64,000 nt of DNA. It comes from Spirochaetia bacterium. Its GTDB lineage: Bacteria; Spirochaetota; Spirochaetia; DSM-27196; Salinispiraceae. The translations under genes were made by a program, and so were the position numbers. Of the stretch, positions 49,400 to 58,869 are shown in pieces (within the stretch, counting starts at the first letter, position 1; every line of letters starts with the position of its first letter). Below the pieces are notes generated by a model. It ran no database searches, was not told the origin of the DNA, and was given only the letters and a program-made list of their open reading frames with translations. The DNA lies in the NCBI GenBank assembly GCA_038204425.1, contig JBBRCZ010000012.1:1-64000 (forward strand), given 5' to 3'.

Positions 49400-51469
49400 T
49401 CACTTTAACCACAAATAGTTAGTAACAACTCTTGGATAATAGCGCGAGCCTATCACCTTGCCCGAAGCAAATTGGTCCGAGCAAGCCGTAAAGGTAGAAC
49501 CTTGGACTTGCCAGTTTACGTGAGCATTATCGCTCTCTTGTCCCTGCTTACCAGGATCGATACCAAAAATTCGCTCGGCAACAAACTGGCACAAGAAAAT
49601 CTTTGAGGCCCAAGAATTGTCAGCCGTTGATGACAGCTTCCAAGCCCCATCGTCATACAGACAGACGCCTTTTTTGAGGATGTTTTGGTAATGCTTTTTG
49701 AGAGTGCTCACCAATTGACCAAACTCACCTTGCTCACTCACCAGCTGGGTCAAACCCATGTAATAAGGGAAGACCAAGCCTTCGATTGCAGGAATTATGG
49801 CGCTCTGGTTTCCCTGTTCAAAAACTGCGGGGATGTAGCCAAGCTTGGCATCGTAGTGAGAAACAATAGTAGCAGCACCGAGATGGGCGCTCGCCTTGGC
49901 TTGGGTTTGCAGATTAAGTTCGCCACTTTGGCCAAAGAGATCTGACATGGCCACATAGGCCGCCCAGCACTTAACAGCCAAGTAAAGATTATTGCGTGCT
50001 TGTCCCAAAGAATGGTCAAGCGAGTCATAGGTGGTAATCTCTCCGCCACCTTGGCAGCGAGAGGATTCAAGCTTCATAATGCCGTTGCGTTTGTTTACAT
50101 CGTAGTGATCACGATTGAGCAAGGACTGGTAGCAGTCTTTGATAACCTTAAGGTTCTCAGTCAAAAAATCCTGGTCAGCAGTTTTTTTGACATAGACGGC
50201 AAAAGTCAGAATAAAGTTAACCAACTGCTCACAGGTCATGTAGCTAAAGCACTTACGGTCGAGTCCAGCCAGTTCGTAACTCGAGTGACCTTCAGGCGAA
50301 AACGTGTTGTTGTAACCTTGGTCGTGGGCAAAGCTGATGCCACCAGGATAGAGCTTGCTTGGGTCTGTCGGATCGTAGACTTGATCGTAATAACTGTAGA
50401 GTCTCATAAAGTAAACAAGTTCGTTTTTGACAGTCCACGGCATCCATTCGAGCTGATAAAAAACCATGTCTACTGCCAGATCAAAGGTGTTTATCATGCG
50501 GTACTCGCCTTCATTAACGTTCCAGAATGGTCGCCCACCGTAGTCCAGCCATTGAGTAGAACCGTAGAAAGACCGCGTGGCGTGGGCAATCAAAAACTGG
50601 CGTTCTGGATTGAGCTTTGAGTTTTTTAACTCGCTGTCACGGGCGGCCGCTTGGTCCAAAAAGTACTCTTGTTGATCCAGTGCATAGTCCAAAACATCTT
50701 CGGCGGAGGAAAAATAACGGGTGTAGAAATACTTCATTTCAAAGCGTCGCGTTACTACGCCGGCTTGATAAAAGGACAGAGCAAACAGAACTTCCTTTTT
50801 TTCACCAGCCGCTATGTCAAAGGTGAGGCCAAAAATACCTGACAAATAGTGGTTCCAAAGTTTGTGGTCAAAAATGTGCATCAGGTCGTAAATAGCAAAC
50901 CACTTGGCCTTTTCGCGCGTGCCCAAGCCCATAGTTCCGTCTTGAAAGCTAAATCCACTTAGTCCGTCAATCGACTCAAGCGGAATTTTGTTCTCGTAGC
51001 CACCCATTGCAAAAACGCCCGTAACGGGGCGCTTGCCTTGGCTGTTATCAAAGCTTAAGCGCAGATATATCGCTGGCATAGACTCTCGCTTAAGTTGATC
51101 AGATGAAGCTTGGTCTGGATCAGTTAGCTTAAAAAAAGGTGTGATGATGTCAAGTTTTAGATTGCGCGCCTGCAGGCTGTCTGTTGCCCAAGCGTAGTCT
51201 CTCACTATCTCACTCTCAGGGATTATATCTACCTGATTGTCACTAGTTGTGTCGGACTTTAGGCCAAAGTTGGCCGCTGCACTCAAGTCTTGATTCTTAA
51301 AAAATGGTAGAACGGTAAAAGTTTTTTGGTCGATGATGCCGGCAAAAATGTTGCCGTTGCCGGGGCCACCCTTAGCGATTGCCATACCGCCTTTTTCGCC
51401 AGCCATACCAAGGGTAAATGAGGCAAATGCCCCGTTGGGGGAGTGTTGCGCGTGAAATGAAACAGCCAT
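49400..51469 (-). CDS. Glycoside hydrolase family 52 beta-xylosidase
   Basis: HSPNGAFASFTLG, NEGEYRMINTFDL, EITTYDSLD, QARNNLYLAVK, YYPR. Confidence 0.92.
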   Translation of the reverse strand: MAVSFHAQHSPNGAFASFTLGMAGEKGGMAIAKGGPGNGNIFAGIIDQKTFTVLPFFKNQDLSAAANFGLKSDTTSDNQVDIIPESEIVRDYAWATDSLQARNLKLDIITPFFKLTDPDQASSDQLKRESMPAIYLRLSFDNSQGKRPVTGVFAMGGYENKIPLESIDGLSGFSFQDGTMGLGTREKAKWFAIYDLMHIFDHKLWNHYLSGIFGLTFDIAAGEKKEVLFALSFYQAGVVTRRFEMKYFYTRYFSSAEDVLDYALDQQEYFLDQAAARDSELKNSKLNPERQFLIAHATRSFYGSTQWLDYGGRPFWNVNEGEYRMINTFDLAVDMVFYQLEWMPWTVKNELVYFMRLYSYYDQVYDPTDPSKLYPGGISFAHDQGYNNTFSPEGHSSYELAGLDRKCFSYMTCEQLVNFILTFAVYVKKTADQDFLTENLKVIKDCYQSLLNRDHYDVNKRNGIMKLESSRCQGGGEITTYDSLDHSLGQARNNLYLAVKCWAAYVAMSDLFGQSGELNLQTQAKASAHLGAATIVSHYDAKLGYIPAVFEQGNQSAIIPAIEGLVFPYYMGLTQLVSEQGEFGQLVSTLKKHYQNILKKGVCLYDDGAWKLSSTADNSWASKIFLCQFVAERIFGIDPGKQGQESDNAHVNWQVQGSTFTACSDQFASGKVIGSRYYPRVVTNYLWLK

Positions 51470-51523
51470 GATTGCTTCCTTGCCTTTAGGTTGACTATTA
51501 CGCCAAACAATTGGATTAAAGAT

Positions 51524-51550
51524 AAAAGACCTGCGCTAATGCAGGTCTTT
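51524..51550 (-). terminator. Intrinsic terminator
   Basis: AAAGACCTGC / GCAGGTCTTT 10-bp stem. Confidence 0.7.
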
Positions 51551-51614
51551 GCTTATGGTATCATTTTCGCTTGCAGCATGCAAATAAGATAGTTTTAAAT
51601 CTGAACAGTACCTG

Positions 51615-52418
51615 TTAATTAGTGAATATGCGGTACAGACTTCCACTAGTTTCTATAGTGTAGAGCTGGCCGCCAATAGACAAAGCAAAACCTGTAGTAG
51701 CAAAGTCTGGTTTTCCCAATTGCTTCCATTTGCCAGTGCCGATATCAGTAGCATAGAGCGCCCCAGATACCTCAATAGTATAGAGCGCGTCTCCGATCAG
51801 GACACCGTTGATGGTATCTTCATAATCAGCAGACTTGCCCAATTGTTTCCATGCTCCACTATCTGGTTCTATTAGGTATAAAGTCCCGCTGCTCTCGGCG
51901 GTCAACAAAGTCGTGCTGTTGGATAACAAAGCCACGGTATTGGCATAGTCGGGCTTGCCGATTTTTCTCCAAGTCCCGCTTGCCAGGTCAGTTGCATAAA
52001 GAACTCCGCTGGTTTCTACCGTGTAGATTGTTGTGCCAATAACTGTGGCAGCAATCGTGTTCTTCCATTCGCCAGCCTTTCCGATTTGCTTCCAGCTTCC
52101 GTTGCTCGCATTAATGCGATAGAGAGAGCCACTTTCCTCTATGCTAATTAGGTCACTACCCGACGCAAGCAGAAACTTTGTTTTTGCAAATTCCGCTTTG
52201 CCAAGCTGTTTCCAAACTCCTGTCTTTACATCGGTAGTATAGAGAACTCCAGAACTTTCTACCGTATAAAGCAGCCCGCCCATCCCAACTGCTGCAATTG
52301 TATTTTTCCAATCACCTGCCTTGCCAACTATCTGCCAGCTTCCAGCGGCTTGGGCAAAGAGATTACCACCAAAAATAAATGACAACAAAACTATGACTAA
52401 TACAATTTTCTTTTTCAC
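51615..52418 (-). CDS. Secreted six-repeat beta-propeller, tachylectin-like
   Basis: GTG 52418 after AGGAGG; signal peptide; six 40-41 aa repeats GxWkqlGK...YtvExSGxLY. Confidence 0.75.
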   Translation of the reverse strand: MKKKIVLVIVLLSFIFGGNLFAQAAGSWQIVGKAGDWKNTIAAVGMGGLLYTVESSGVLYTTDVKTGVWKQLGKAEFAKTKFLLASGSDLISIEESGSLYRINASNGSWKQIGKAGEWKNTIAATVIGTTIYTVETSGVLYATDLASGTWRKIGKPDYANTVALLSNSTTLLTAESSGTLYLIEPDSGAWKQLGKSADYEDTINGVLIGDALYTIEVSGALYATDIGTGKWKQLGKPDFATTGFALSIGGQLYTIETSGSLYRIFTN

Positions 52419-52550
52419 TATGAGCCTCCTGCCTATACTATAGTACGAATTCGGTTTTTGGTGGCAAGCTCTATTGCTAAGGGTCTGGCTGCTAGCTATG
52501 ATGGGCACTCAAGGAGGCTTTGATCAAACACTAGCTCAAAGAGCTGGAAA

Positions 52551-52660
52551 TGAACGGTCTACGATAACGGAAGTTCGTTAAATTCGAACGCGGGCGTGCC
52601 ACTGTAAGGACTAACTGTCTAAGCCAGGAGACGATCGTACGACTTTTCGATGAAGAACTC
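52551..52660 (+). ncRNA. Cobalamin riboswitch (short, class II-like)
   Basis: AACGGAA, GTTCG-ttaaatt-CGAAC T-loop hairpin, GCCACTGTAA, B12 box AAGCCAGGAGAC; upstream of a TonB receptor. Confidence 0.8.
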
Positions 52661-52793
52661 ACACTGGCCCTCTAAGGGCGAGAATGCGAGCCTTCATTCA
52701 TTCTCTCACGAACAGGGAATGCGTAAAAATGCCTATCTTTAGGGATCTTGTCCCATTTTTACCGTTCCTTCTTACAAAGAAGGAGTAACAATC

Positions 52794-54836
52794 GTGAAAT
52801 TTGCTTCGTTATTCATCACAAGCTGCCTGTCAGCACTGGTATTTCTCGTGTCGCCACTTGCAATCAGTGCACAAGAAACTAGCTCCACTTCCACCTCGGT
52901 CTCCACCTCCACTTCAAGCACTGGTGAAGAATTCCTTGCCCTAGAGCAATTGGCCCAAGGTGTGGTTTTAACCGCCAATCGAACAGCTGACGACGCTCGC
53001 TCGGTTGCGGCATTGGTAAGCATTATCGATAGTGATGACATTGCTAACTCTTTGGCCAGCACCATCGTAGAACTACTTGCAGAGTTGGCTGGCGTGTCAG
53101 TTACCAGTACGTCCTCGCCCGCTCAGGCCCAAGTAAGTTTACGTGGTTTTGGCGAAAACGGCTTTGGCCGCACCTTGGTCTTAGTCGACGGTGTGCCGCT
53201 CAACAGTGCCGATATGCGCGGTCTTGACTGGCTTTCGGTTCCACTAGCGCGAATTGAGCGCATAGAAGTCGTACGCGGAGCAGCATCGAGTCTCTATGGC
53301 AACAACGCCATCGGCGGAGTCATAAACATCATCACCAAGCGAGCTACAAAAGACTTGTCTACCGATATTAGTCTTAGCGCCGGCAGCAACTGGTCACACC
53401 AAGAGAGCGCACATATTTCCTTTTATAAGGACCTCGTTGGCCTCAACTTGGTTGCAGAGAACACGGGGACGCAAGGTTGGCGTCAAAGGAGCGGTTTTCG
53501 CTCCTCGCGGGGCGGTGCTGACTTGGTTCTGGAACTAGACCCTAGCCTAGATCTACGCTTGTCGGCCAGTGTCTCGGATACCGCATTTGAAATGCCCGGT
53601 GCCATTGATCAAGATACTTTTTTGCTTGATCCCCGCACAGCCCTCAATTACGACGAATCAGGAACCCAGAGATCTTTAGACAGCAAAGCCTTTCTGACTT
53701 GGAAAGCCAGTGATGTCTTTTCATTTAATCTTCCTGTTTCCTGGAGCTACGGCGAGTCCAGCGAAGAACATCCGGCTTGGCCGCTCTTTTTGGCACGCCA
53801 GACCCAGACTTTTGACGCGCGACCGCAAGCCAGTTTTACTTTGGGCTCGGATCAAGTACAAGCAAGAATCAACACTGGTTTAGACTTACGTTTGGCTGGC
53901 ATCGAAAATCAAGGTTATAGCGACCTGCAGCGTACACTGCTCAATAGATCTTACACCGTCTTTCAACGAACTCTTGGACTGTATCTCAACGCCGACCTTA
54001 CGATAGATAAGGTCTTTTCGCTGGCGGCACGCATTCGTGAGGACTTGGTTTGGCACGGCAAAGACACTGCAAACGGCACTAGCCAAGCCTTGGTCTATGG
54101 CTTTAGTCTGCTTGCCAAACCTATTGAGGAGATTAAGTTCTTTGCGCGCTATGACAGTCTTTTCCGCTACCCGTTTTTGGATGAACGCTATTCTCTACTA
54201 AGCTCAACGGTTTGGGACTTGCGCCCAGAAACAGGCTTTAATCTGGAAGCTGGCGCCAGTCTATACTTTTCTGAAGTTCTTAGCCTTGATTTTAGTGGCT
54301 ACCTCTTGGACTTGGTGGACGAAATCGCCTTTGTCAGCGACTTTGGGCCTGATTTTGGCAGCAACCAAAATATTGGCACTACTCGCCGACTTGGAATAGA
54401 TAGTCAATTGAACTTAAAGCCCATCAAGGAACTAGAACTTGCTGCTGGCTATTCCTTTGTAGATGCTCGCTTTGTAGGTGGCGCAAACGATGGCAAGATG
54501 ATCCCCTTGGTTCCTTCCCACAAGCTAAGCGGCAAGGTCACACTAAAACTGCCCTTTGGCCTGAGTCTTGCGCCAAAAGTCAGCTACGTAAGTGATTACT
54601 ATGCAGGGGGCGACGTAAGTAACGGTGCAACAGTGCTTAAGGAGCGACTACTCTTAGATCTCCAGGCTCGCTTGGATTTAGAACTTGGAACCGGCAATGT
54701 TGCCATAGTCTTAGAAGCCAAAAACCTCTTGGACACAAGTTACGCCAGCCAATCCTACCTCGACTTCATGGGCAATCCTAGCTACTACCCTGGAGACGGA
54801 CGCAGTCTTGCGGTTTCTGTCTCTTATCGTTACTGA
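52794..54836 (+). CDS. btuB: TonB-dependent receptor, probable cobalamin importer
   Basis: VVLTANR, LRGFG, LVLVDG, IERIEVVRGAASSLYG..AIGGVINIITK, C-terminal YRY; riboswitch upstream. Confidence 0.82.
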   Translation: MKFASLFITSCLSALVFLVSPLAISAQETSSTSTSVSTSTSSTGEEFLALEQLAQGVVLTANRTADDARSVAALVSIIDSDDIANSLASTIVELLAELAGVSVTSTSSPAQAQVSLRGFGENGFGRTLVLVDGVPLNSADMRGLDWLSVPLARIERIEVVRGAASSLYGNNAIGGVINIITKRATKDLSTDISLSAGSNWSHQESAHISFYKDLVGLNLVAENTGTQGWRQRSGFRSSRGGADLVLELDPSLDLRLSASVSDTAFEMPGAIDQDTFLLDPRTALNYDESGTQRSLDSKAFLTWKASDVFSFNLPVSWSYGESSEEHPAWPLFLARQTQTFDARPQASFTLGSDQVQARINTGLDLRLAGIENQGYSDLQRTLLNRSYTVFQRTLGLYLNADLTIDKVFSLAARIREDLVWHGKDTANGTSQALVYGFSLLAKPIEEIKFFARYDSLFRYPFLDERYSLLSSTVWDLRPETGFNLEAGASLYFSEVLSLDFSGYLLDLVDEIAFVSDFGPDFGSNQNIGTTRRLGIDSQLNLKPIKELELAAGYSFVDARFVGGANDGKMIPLVPSHKLSGKVTLKLPFGLSLAPKVSYVSDYYAGGDVSNGATVLKERLLLDLQARLDLELGTGNVAIVLEAKNLLDTSYASQSYLDFMGNPSYYPGDGRSLAVSVSYRY

Positions 54837-54853
54837 TAACGAAACTGATATCG

Positions 54854-54902
54854 CAATTGATGTGATGGCCTAGCTCAATGAGCCCGGCCATCACATCAAT
54901 TG
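54854..54902. terminator. 17-bp perfect inverted repeat between convergent genes
   Basis: CAATTGATGTGATGGCC ... GGCCATCACATCAATTG. Confidence 0.7.
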
Positions 54903-54931
54903 TTTTAATGTCTGAGATTTAAGGAGTTAGT

Positions 54932-56407
54932 CTAGGCTTTTTTACCGTGCGCAGGTCCAGCCAAGGGACTCACCAAGATTTTGCCGGTTGCTTTATCAAG
55001 AGTAAACTTTACAGCTTTGAGCTCAGTGTTGATGGTAAAAGGTACTCGACAAATTTCCACCGTAACACCCGGAAAAATCGAACCTCTAATGATGAGGGCT
55101 GCGTCTTCGTTGTCATTTATCTCATTGAGCACTTCGACTATCGTCGTTTGGTACTTGTCGCCTTCTTCTTGCAGACGTTTGGCTTGATTCTGTAGACTGA
55201 CTTCGTTGCCCTTTGCCAAACGCTCGGCCACCTTTTGCAAAGCAATATGAATTTGTTGAAACTTTTCTCGTGAGTACTCAAGCTTACGGTGCATGACATA
55301 GTTTTCGCCAACGCTGATGACCATGTGCGCCTCCGAATGGTTACCGACAGTAAAAGCGTCGATGCCGCCGCGGGCCTGAATATGGCCACCAACCAGTCGG
55401 CCTTTGTCTCCGGTACTAAGACTACCAAGCGTATAGATGTGAGAATTAAGCGCTGCCAGTTCCAATCGTACATCACCAAGTACTTCGATGTCGCAATGCT
55501 CGGCAAAGCGCGTCTCGAGCGCTCCTCGCACACGGACCAGACCCTTGCCACGCCCAATAATGCCGCCCTTGGCTTCCAAGTTGCCGCCGCAAAAAATCTC
55601 GTAAGCATCAAGCACGGTATTGGCCAGCAAGTTGCCACCAACCCATACTTTAAACCTATCTTTGATACCGGCCTTGAGAACCAAATTGCCAGGAAATCGA
55701 ATATTGCCTGTTTTGTAGCCAACTTCTTCTTTAAGCTCCAAGGTTTCTTCTATCCAAAACGAATGAGAGTTCCATGCAAAGCGACCGTTTTTGGTGGCGT
55801 AGGCTTTACCTTCTCGGATTTCTACATTTTCTCCTGGACTGAGTGGCGTATACTCCAGACTAGAAAAACCAATGTAGTCGCCTTTGACGTTAGCGCCCGG
55901 TATTCCACCAACTTCTTTACGCTCGATGGCCAAGAGCTGACCTTCATGGATGATGAACAAACCGTGAACTTCTCTGAAGTCAATATTTCCTTGTTCGTCT
56001 ATGCTGCCAGCCTGCTTATTACCAGCTGTATCAGCAGCAGTTACTTTTTCTGACAAGATTTGCGCGGCCGCTTTTTGAACTGCTGCTTTTTTTTCTGGTG
56101 GAACAAAAACAAGGTCAAGTGATTGAATGCTGGGATGAAACACCAAACAGGCTGGAACGGACGCCCTAGAGGCAGTCCCACGCGCCACCACCACATCGCG
56201 GATAATTTCGTGATTGTTATTGCAGCGCTCTAAGCATTGATTGACGAGATCCCAGTTGATACTGCCCGAGACACCGACGCCACGTAGCTCGTAGTCGACA
56301 TCAGCCTGTTTAAGCAAGTGTCCCTCGCCAACAGCAGGAAAAAAACTCCCCCGAGCCGTCAACAAATCTGAGGAAATTTCCACCGTGCAGCGTGCATCTT
56401 GAAGCAT
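54932..56407 (-). CDS. FapA/DUF342 family protein
   Basis: VVARG, GNIDFRE, VGYKTGNIRFPG, GGIIG, IFPGV. Confidence 0.85.
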   Translation of the reverse strand: MLQDARCTVEISSDLLTARGSFFPAVGEGHLLKQADVDYELRGVGVSGSINWDLVNQCLERCNNNHEIIRDVVVARGTASRASVPACLVFHPSIQSLDLVFVPPEKKAAVQKAAAQILSEKVTAADTAGNKQAGSIDEQGNIDFREVHGLFIIHEGQLLAIERKEVGGIPGANVKGDYIGFSSLEYTPLSPGENVEIREGKAYATKNGRFAWNSHSFWIEETLELKEEVGYKTGNIRFPGNLVLKAGIKDRFKVWVGGNLLANTVLDAYEIFCGGNLEAKGGIIGRGKGLVRVRGALETRFAEHCDIEVLGDVRLELAALNSHIYTLGSLSTGDKGRLVGGHIQARGGIDAFTVGNHSEAHMVISVGENYVMHRKLEYSREKFQQIHIALQKVAERLAKGNEVSLQNQAKRLQEEGDKYQTTIVEVLNEINDNEDAALIIRGSIFPGVTVEICRVPFTINTELKAVKFTLDKATGKILVSPLAGPAHGKKA

Positions 56408-56491
56408 TAGAACAGCATCCTAGTTAAGAGTATCGGCTATCTGGTCTTTTTCACAAGTGCAGAAATGCTATTGCCTAAGCCGAAAGAAAAA

Positions 56492-56530
56492 TCTTATATT
56501 TATACTACTATTGTGCATAATTATAGAACA
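56492..56530 (+). promoter_or_regulatory. Putative ARG box(es) overlapping the argR operon promoter
   Basis: TTGTGCATAATTATAGAA resembles the ARG box; a weaker TTATATTTATACTA overlaps the -10. Confidence 0.5.
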
Positions 56531-56549
56531 ATAGCCATGGAGCCAGAAC

Positions 56550-57020
56550 ATGAAAGAGCGCGACATTAGGTTAAAAGCCATCAAGCGAATTATTCGCAGT
56601 AATCGCATTACTAGTCAGGATGCGCTGCTTCACCATTTGCTTGTTGACAAGATTTCGGTCACTCAAGCAACGCTCAGCCGCGACCTCAAACTGCTAAAAG
56701 TCGGCAAAGTGAGCGAAGGTGTTGACGGATACTATTACACCTTGCCAAGCGACGAAGAGCGCCATGAATCTGAGCGTTCCTACATTCTGGACTTCTTGCG
56801 CGGCTATGTCTCGATTGAATTTTCTGGCAGTTTGGGTGTGGTTCGTACACTGGCTGGCCATGCCGCCTCGGTAGCTTTGGCACTTGATTGTATGAACTTG
56901 GAAGAAATATTGGGCACCATAGCCGGAGACGACACGGTTTTGGTAGTATTTAAAGAAGGACTTGGCGCTTCTCAAGCAATAGCTGTCCTTAAACAAAAAA
57001 TTCCTGACTTGGATGAGTAA
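56550..57020 (+). CDS. argR: Arginine repressor
   Basis: [18 protein letters not shown]. Confidence 0.95.
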   Translation: MKERDIRLKAIKRIIRSNRITSQDALLHHLLVDKISVTQATLSRDLKLLKVGKVSEGVDGYYYTLPSDEERHESERSYILDFLRGYVSIEFSGSLGVVRTLAGHAASVALALDCMNLEEILGTIAGDDTVLVVFKEGLGASQAIAVLKQKIPDLDE

Positions 57021-57023
57021 ATT

Positions 57024-58073
57024 ATGAAAATTGCAATACTTGGTGTAACCGGCTATACCGGACAAATACTTATGCGCTTGTTAGCCAGCCATCCTGCTGT
57101 AGAAACCATCTACCCTGTTTCTTCTTCGCAAGTTGGCAGCCTGCTTACCGACAACGACCCCGGTCTCTCGGATAGCATAGCCGCGCGTCTTCCTGGCGGC
57201 GACCTGCGACTGCTGGACATTAAGGATGCGGTCGCGGCCAAACCTGACTTGGTCTTTGCAGCCTTGCCTCATCTCAAAAGCGCCGAGATCTGCGGGCCTT
57301 TTTTTGCGACATCGGTCGTGATAGATCTCTCGGCCGACTTCCGCATTAAAGACCACGCCGCCTTTAGTCAGGCCTACGGCATAGCACCCCCGCGCCCTGA
57401 CCTGCTTCAACAGGCCGTCTATGGCTTGAGCGAGTTCAACCGCCAAGCCATAGCTCATGCCGACCTGATTGCCAACCCCGGCTGCTACCCAACAGCAACC
57501 ATGCTTGGCCTCGGGCCGCTGCTAAAGGCTGGTCTTATTGAAGGTGACATTATTGTCAATGCATTGTCTGGCGTTTCTGGAGCAGGCCGCAAAGCCGCCG
57601 AAGCCTATCTTTTTTGCAGCCGTAGCGAGAATGTTAACGCGTATGCACCTGGCAAATCTCATCGTCACCAAGCTGAAATGTGGCAAGAAGTCTGCACCCA
57701 TGCTGGCACTAAGAGCCAAGGGCTTGACTTGTGGTTTACACCACACTTAGTGCCCATAAAACAGGGCATGCAGGTTAGTTCGACCTTTAAATTAAAAGCT
57801 GGCACCAAAGACGAACAGATCGACAGCGCCTTTAAAACAGCCTACCAAAACGAGGCTTTTGTACGCATTCGCAGCAGCATGCCGCAAACTGCGCATGTGC
57901 GTGGCAGCAACCGCTGTGACGTGTACTGGCAGCGTGACGGCGACAGACTTTTTGTGTTCACTGTAATCGATAACCTGATCAAAGGTGCATCAGGACAGGC
58001 TGTGCAAAACATGAACATTCGTTTTGGTCTGCCAGAAACTAGTGGCCTAAGCATGCAAGGAGAAGTTCTATGA
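57024..58073 (+). CDS. argC: N-acetyl-gamma-glutamyl-phosphate reductase
   Basis: GVTGYTG, IDLSADFR, ANPGCYPT, SGVSGAGR, IDNLIKGASGQAVQNMN. Confidence 0.96.
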   Translation: MKIAILGVTGYTGQILMRLLASHPAVETIYPVSSSQVGSLLTDNDPGLSDSIAARLPGGDLRLLDIKDAVAAKPDLVFAALPHLKSAEICGPFFATSVVIDLSADFRIKDHAAFSQAYGIAPPRPDLLQQAVYGLSEFNRQAIAHADLIANPGCYPTATMLGLGPLLKAGLIEGDIIVNALSGVSGAGRKAAEAYLFCSRSENVNAYAPGKSHRHQAEMWQEVCTHAGTKSQGLDLWFTPHLVPIKQGMQVSSTFKLKAGTKDEQIDSAFKTAYQNEAFVRIRSSMPQTAHVRGSNRCDVYWQRDGDRLFVFTVIDNLIKGASGQAVQNMNIRFGLPETSGLSMQGEVL

Positions 58074-58858
58074 GTCACCAAACTACCAAACCCTTTTTGC
58101 TGGTCAAAATAGGTGGCCGACCCGCCGCCGATCAAGAAGTACTTGACGCCCTTTTGGCAGACCTCGCCGGACTTCGCGCAGGTTACTACCCAGTTTTGGT
58201 TCACGGTGGCGGTGCAGAAGTGAGCGAAATGTCGCGCAAACTGGGTTTGGAGCCAACTTTTGTTAATGGTGTCCGACAAACAAGCGAGGCAGAAATGCAC
58301 GTGGTGGAAGCCGTCTTGGCTGGCAACGTCAATAGCCGTCTCTTGCGGCGAGCCTTGGCACAGAACATTAAAGCCGTAGGACTTTCCGGACTAGACGCTG
58401 GACTGTTTTGGTCGCAATCGATAGATGCTCAAGCAGGCAGTAAAACCGGAGCGATAGTTTCTGTTGATACTCAGCTATTAGACGAGCTCTGCCGCCTATC
58501 GTATATGCCAATTATTTCGTCTATCTCATGTGATCAAGCTGGCACGAGTGCCCTCAACATCAATGCCGATGATGCCGCAATGGCTTTGGCTGTGGCCGTT
58601 AAAGCTGAAGCTTTGATCTACTTGTCCGACATAGCCGGCATCCTCAAAGATGGACAAGTGATCAGCAGCATCAACAAGGCGCAGGCCGAAGCAGAAATCG
58701 CAAAGGGTGTCATCTCAGGTGGTATGATACCTAAAGTGAGGTATAGTCTTGCGGCCTTAGACCGCGGTGTGGGCAAAGTGATTATTGCCGGCTTTAACAA
58801 AAAGGGTGATCTTTTGGATCTTTTATCTGGCAAGGCAGGCACGAGTCTACACGCATAA
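58070..58858 (+). CDS. argB: Acetylglutamate kinase
   Basis: VKIGG, VHGGG, NINAD, ISGGMIPK. Confidence 0.95.
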   Translation: MSHQTTKPFLLVKIGGRPAADQEVLDALLADLAGLRAGYYPVLVHGGGAEVSEMSRKLGLEPTFVNGVRQTSEAEMHVVEAVLAGNVNSRLLRRALAQNIKAVGLSGLDAGLFWSQSIDAQAGSKTGAIVSVDTQLLDELCRLSYMPIISSISCDQAGTSALNINADDAAMALAVAVKAEALIYLSDIAGILKDGQVISSINKAQAEAEIAKGVISGGMIPKVRYSLAALDRGVGKVIIAGFNKKGDLLDLLSGKAGTSLHA

Positions 58859-58869
58859 GGAACATAATA

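Noticed and set aside
54854..54902. MITE or REP element
   Set aside because: Single copy in the window, no target duplication, and it lies between convergent genes like a terminator
55289..56053. Long antisense ORFs (this 254-aa one, 50000-50620, 1389-1916, 11194-11577 and similar)
   Set aside because: Shadows of well-supported genes on the other strand, with no motifs or RBS; 11194-11577 is real only in its DUF167 part
56430..56456. Sigma28 promoter for the FapA gene
   Set aside because: GCCGATAC is present on the minus strand but there is no TAAA at the expected spacing
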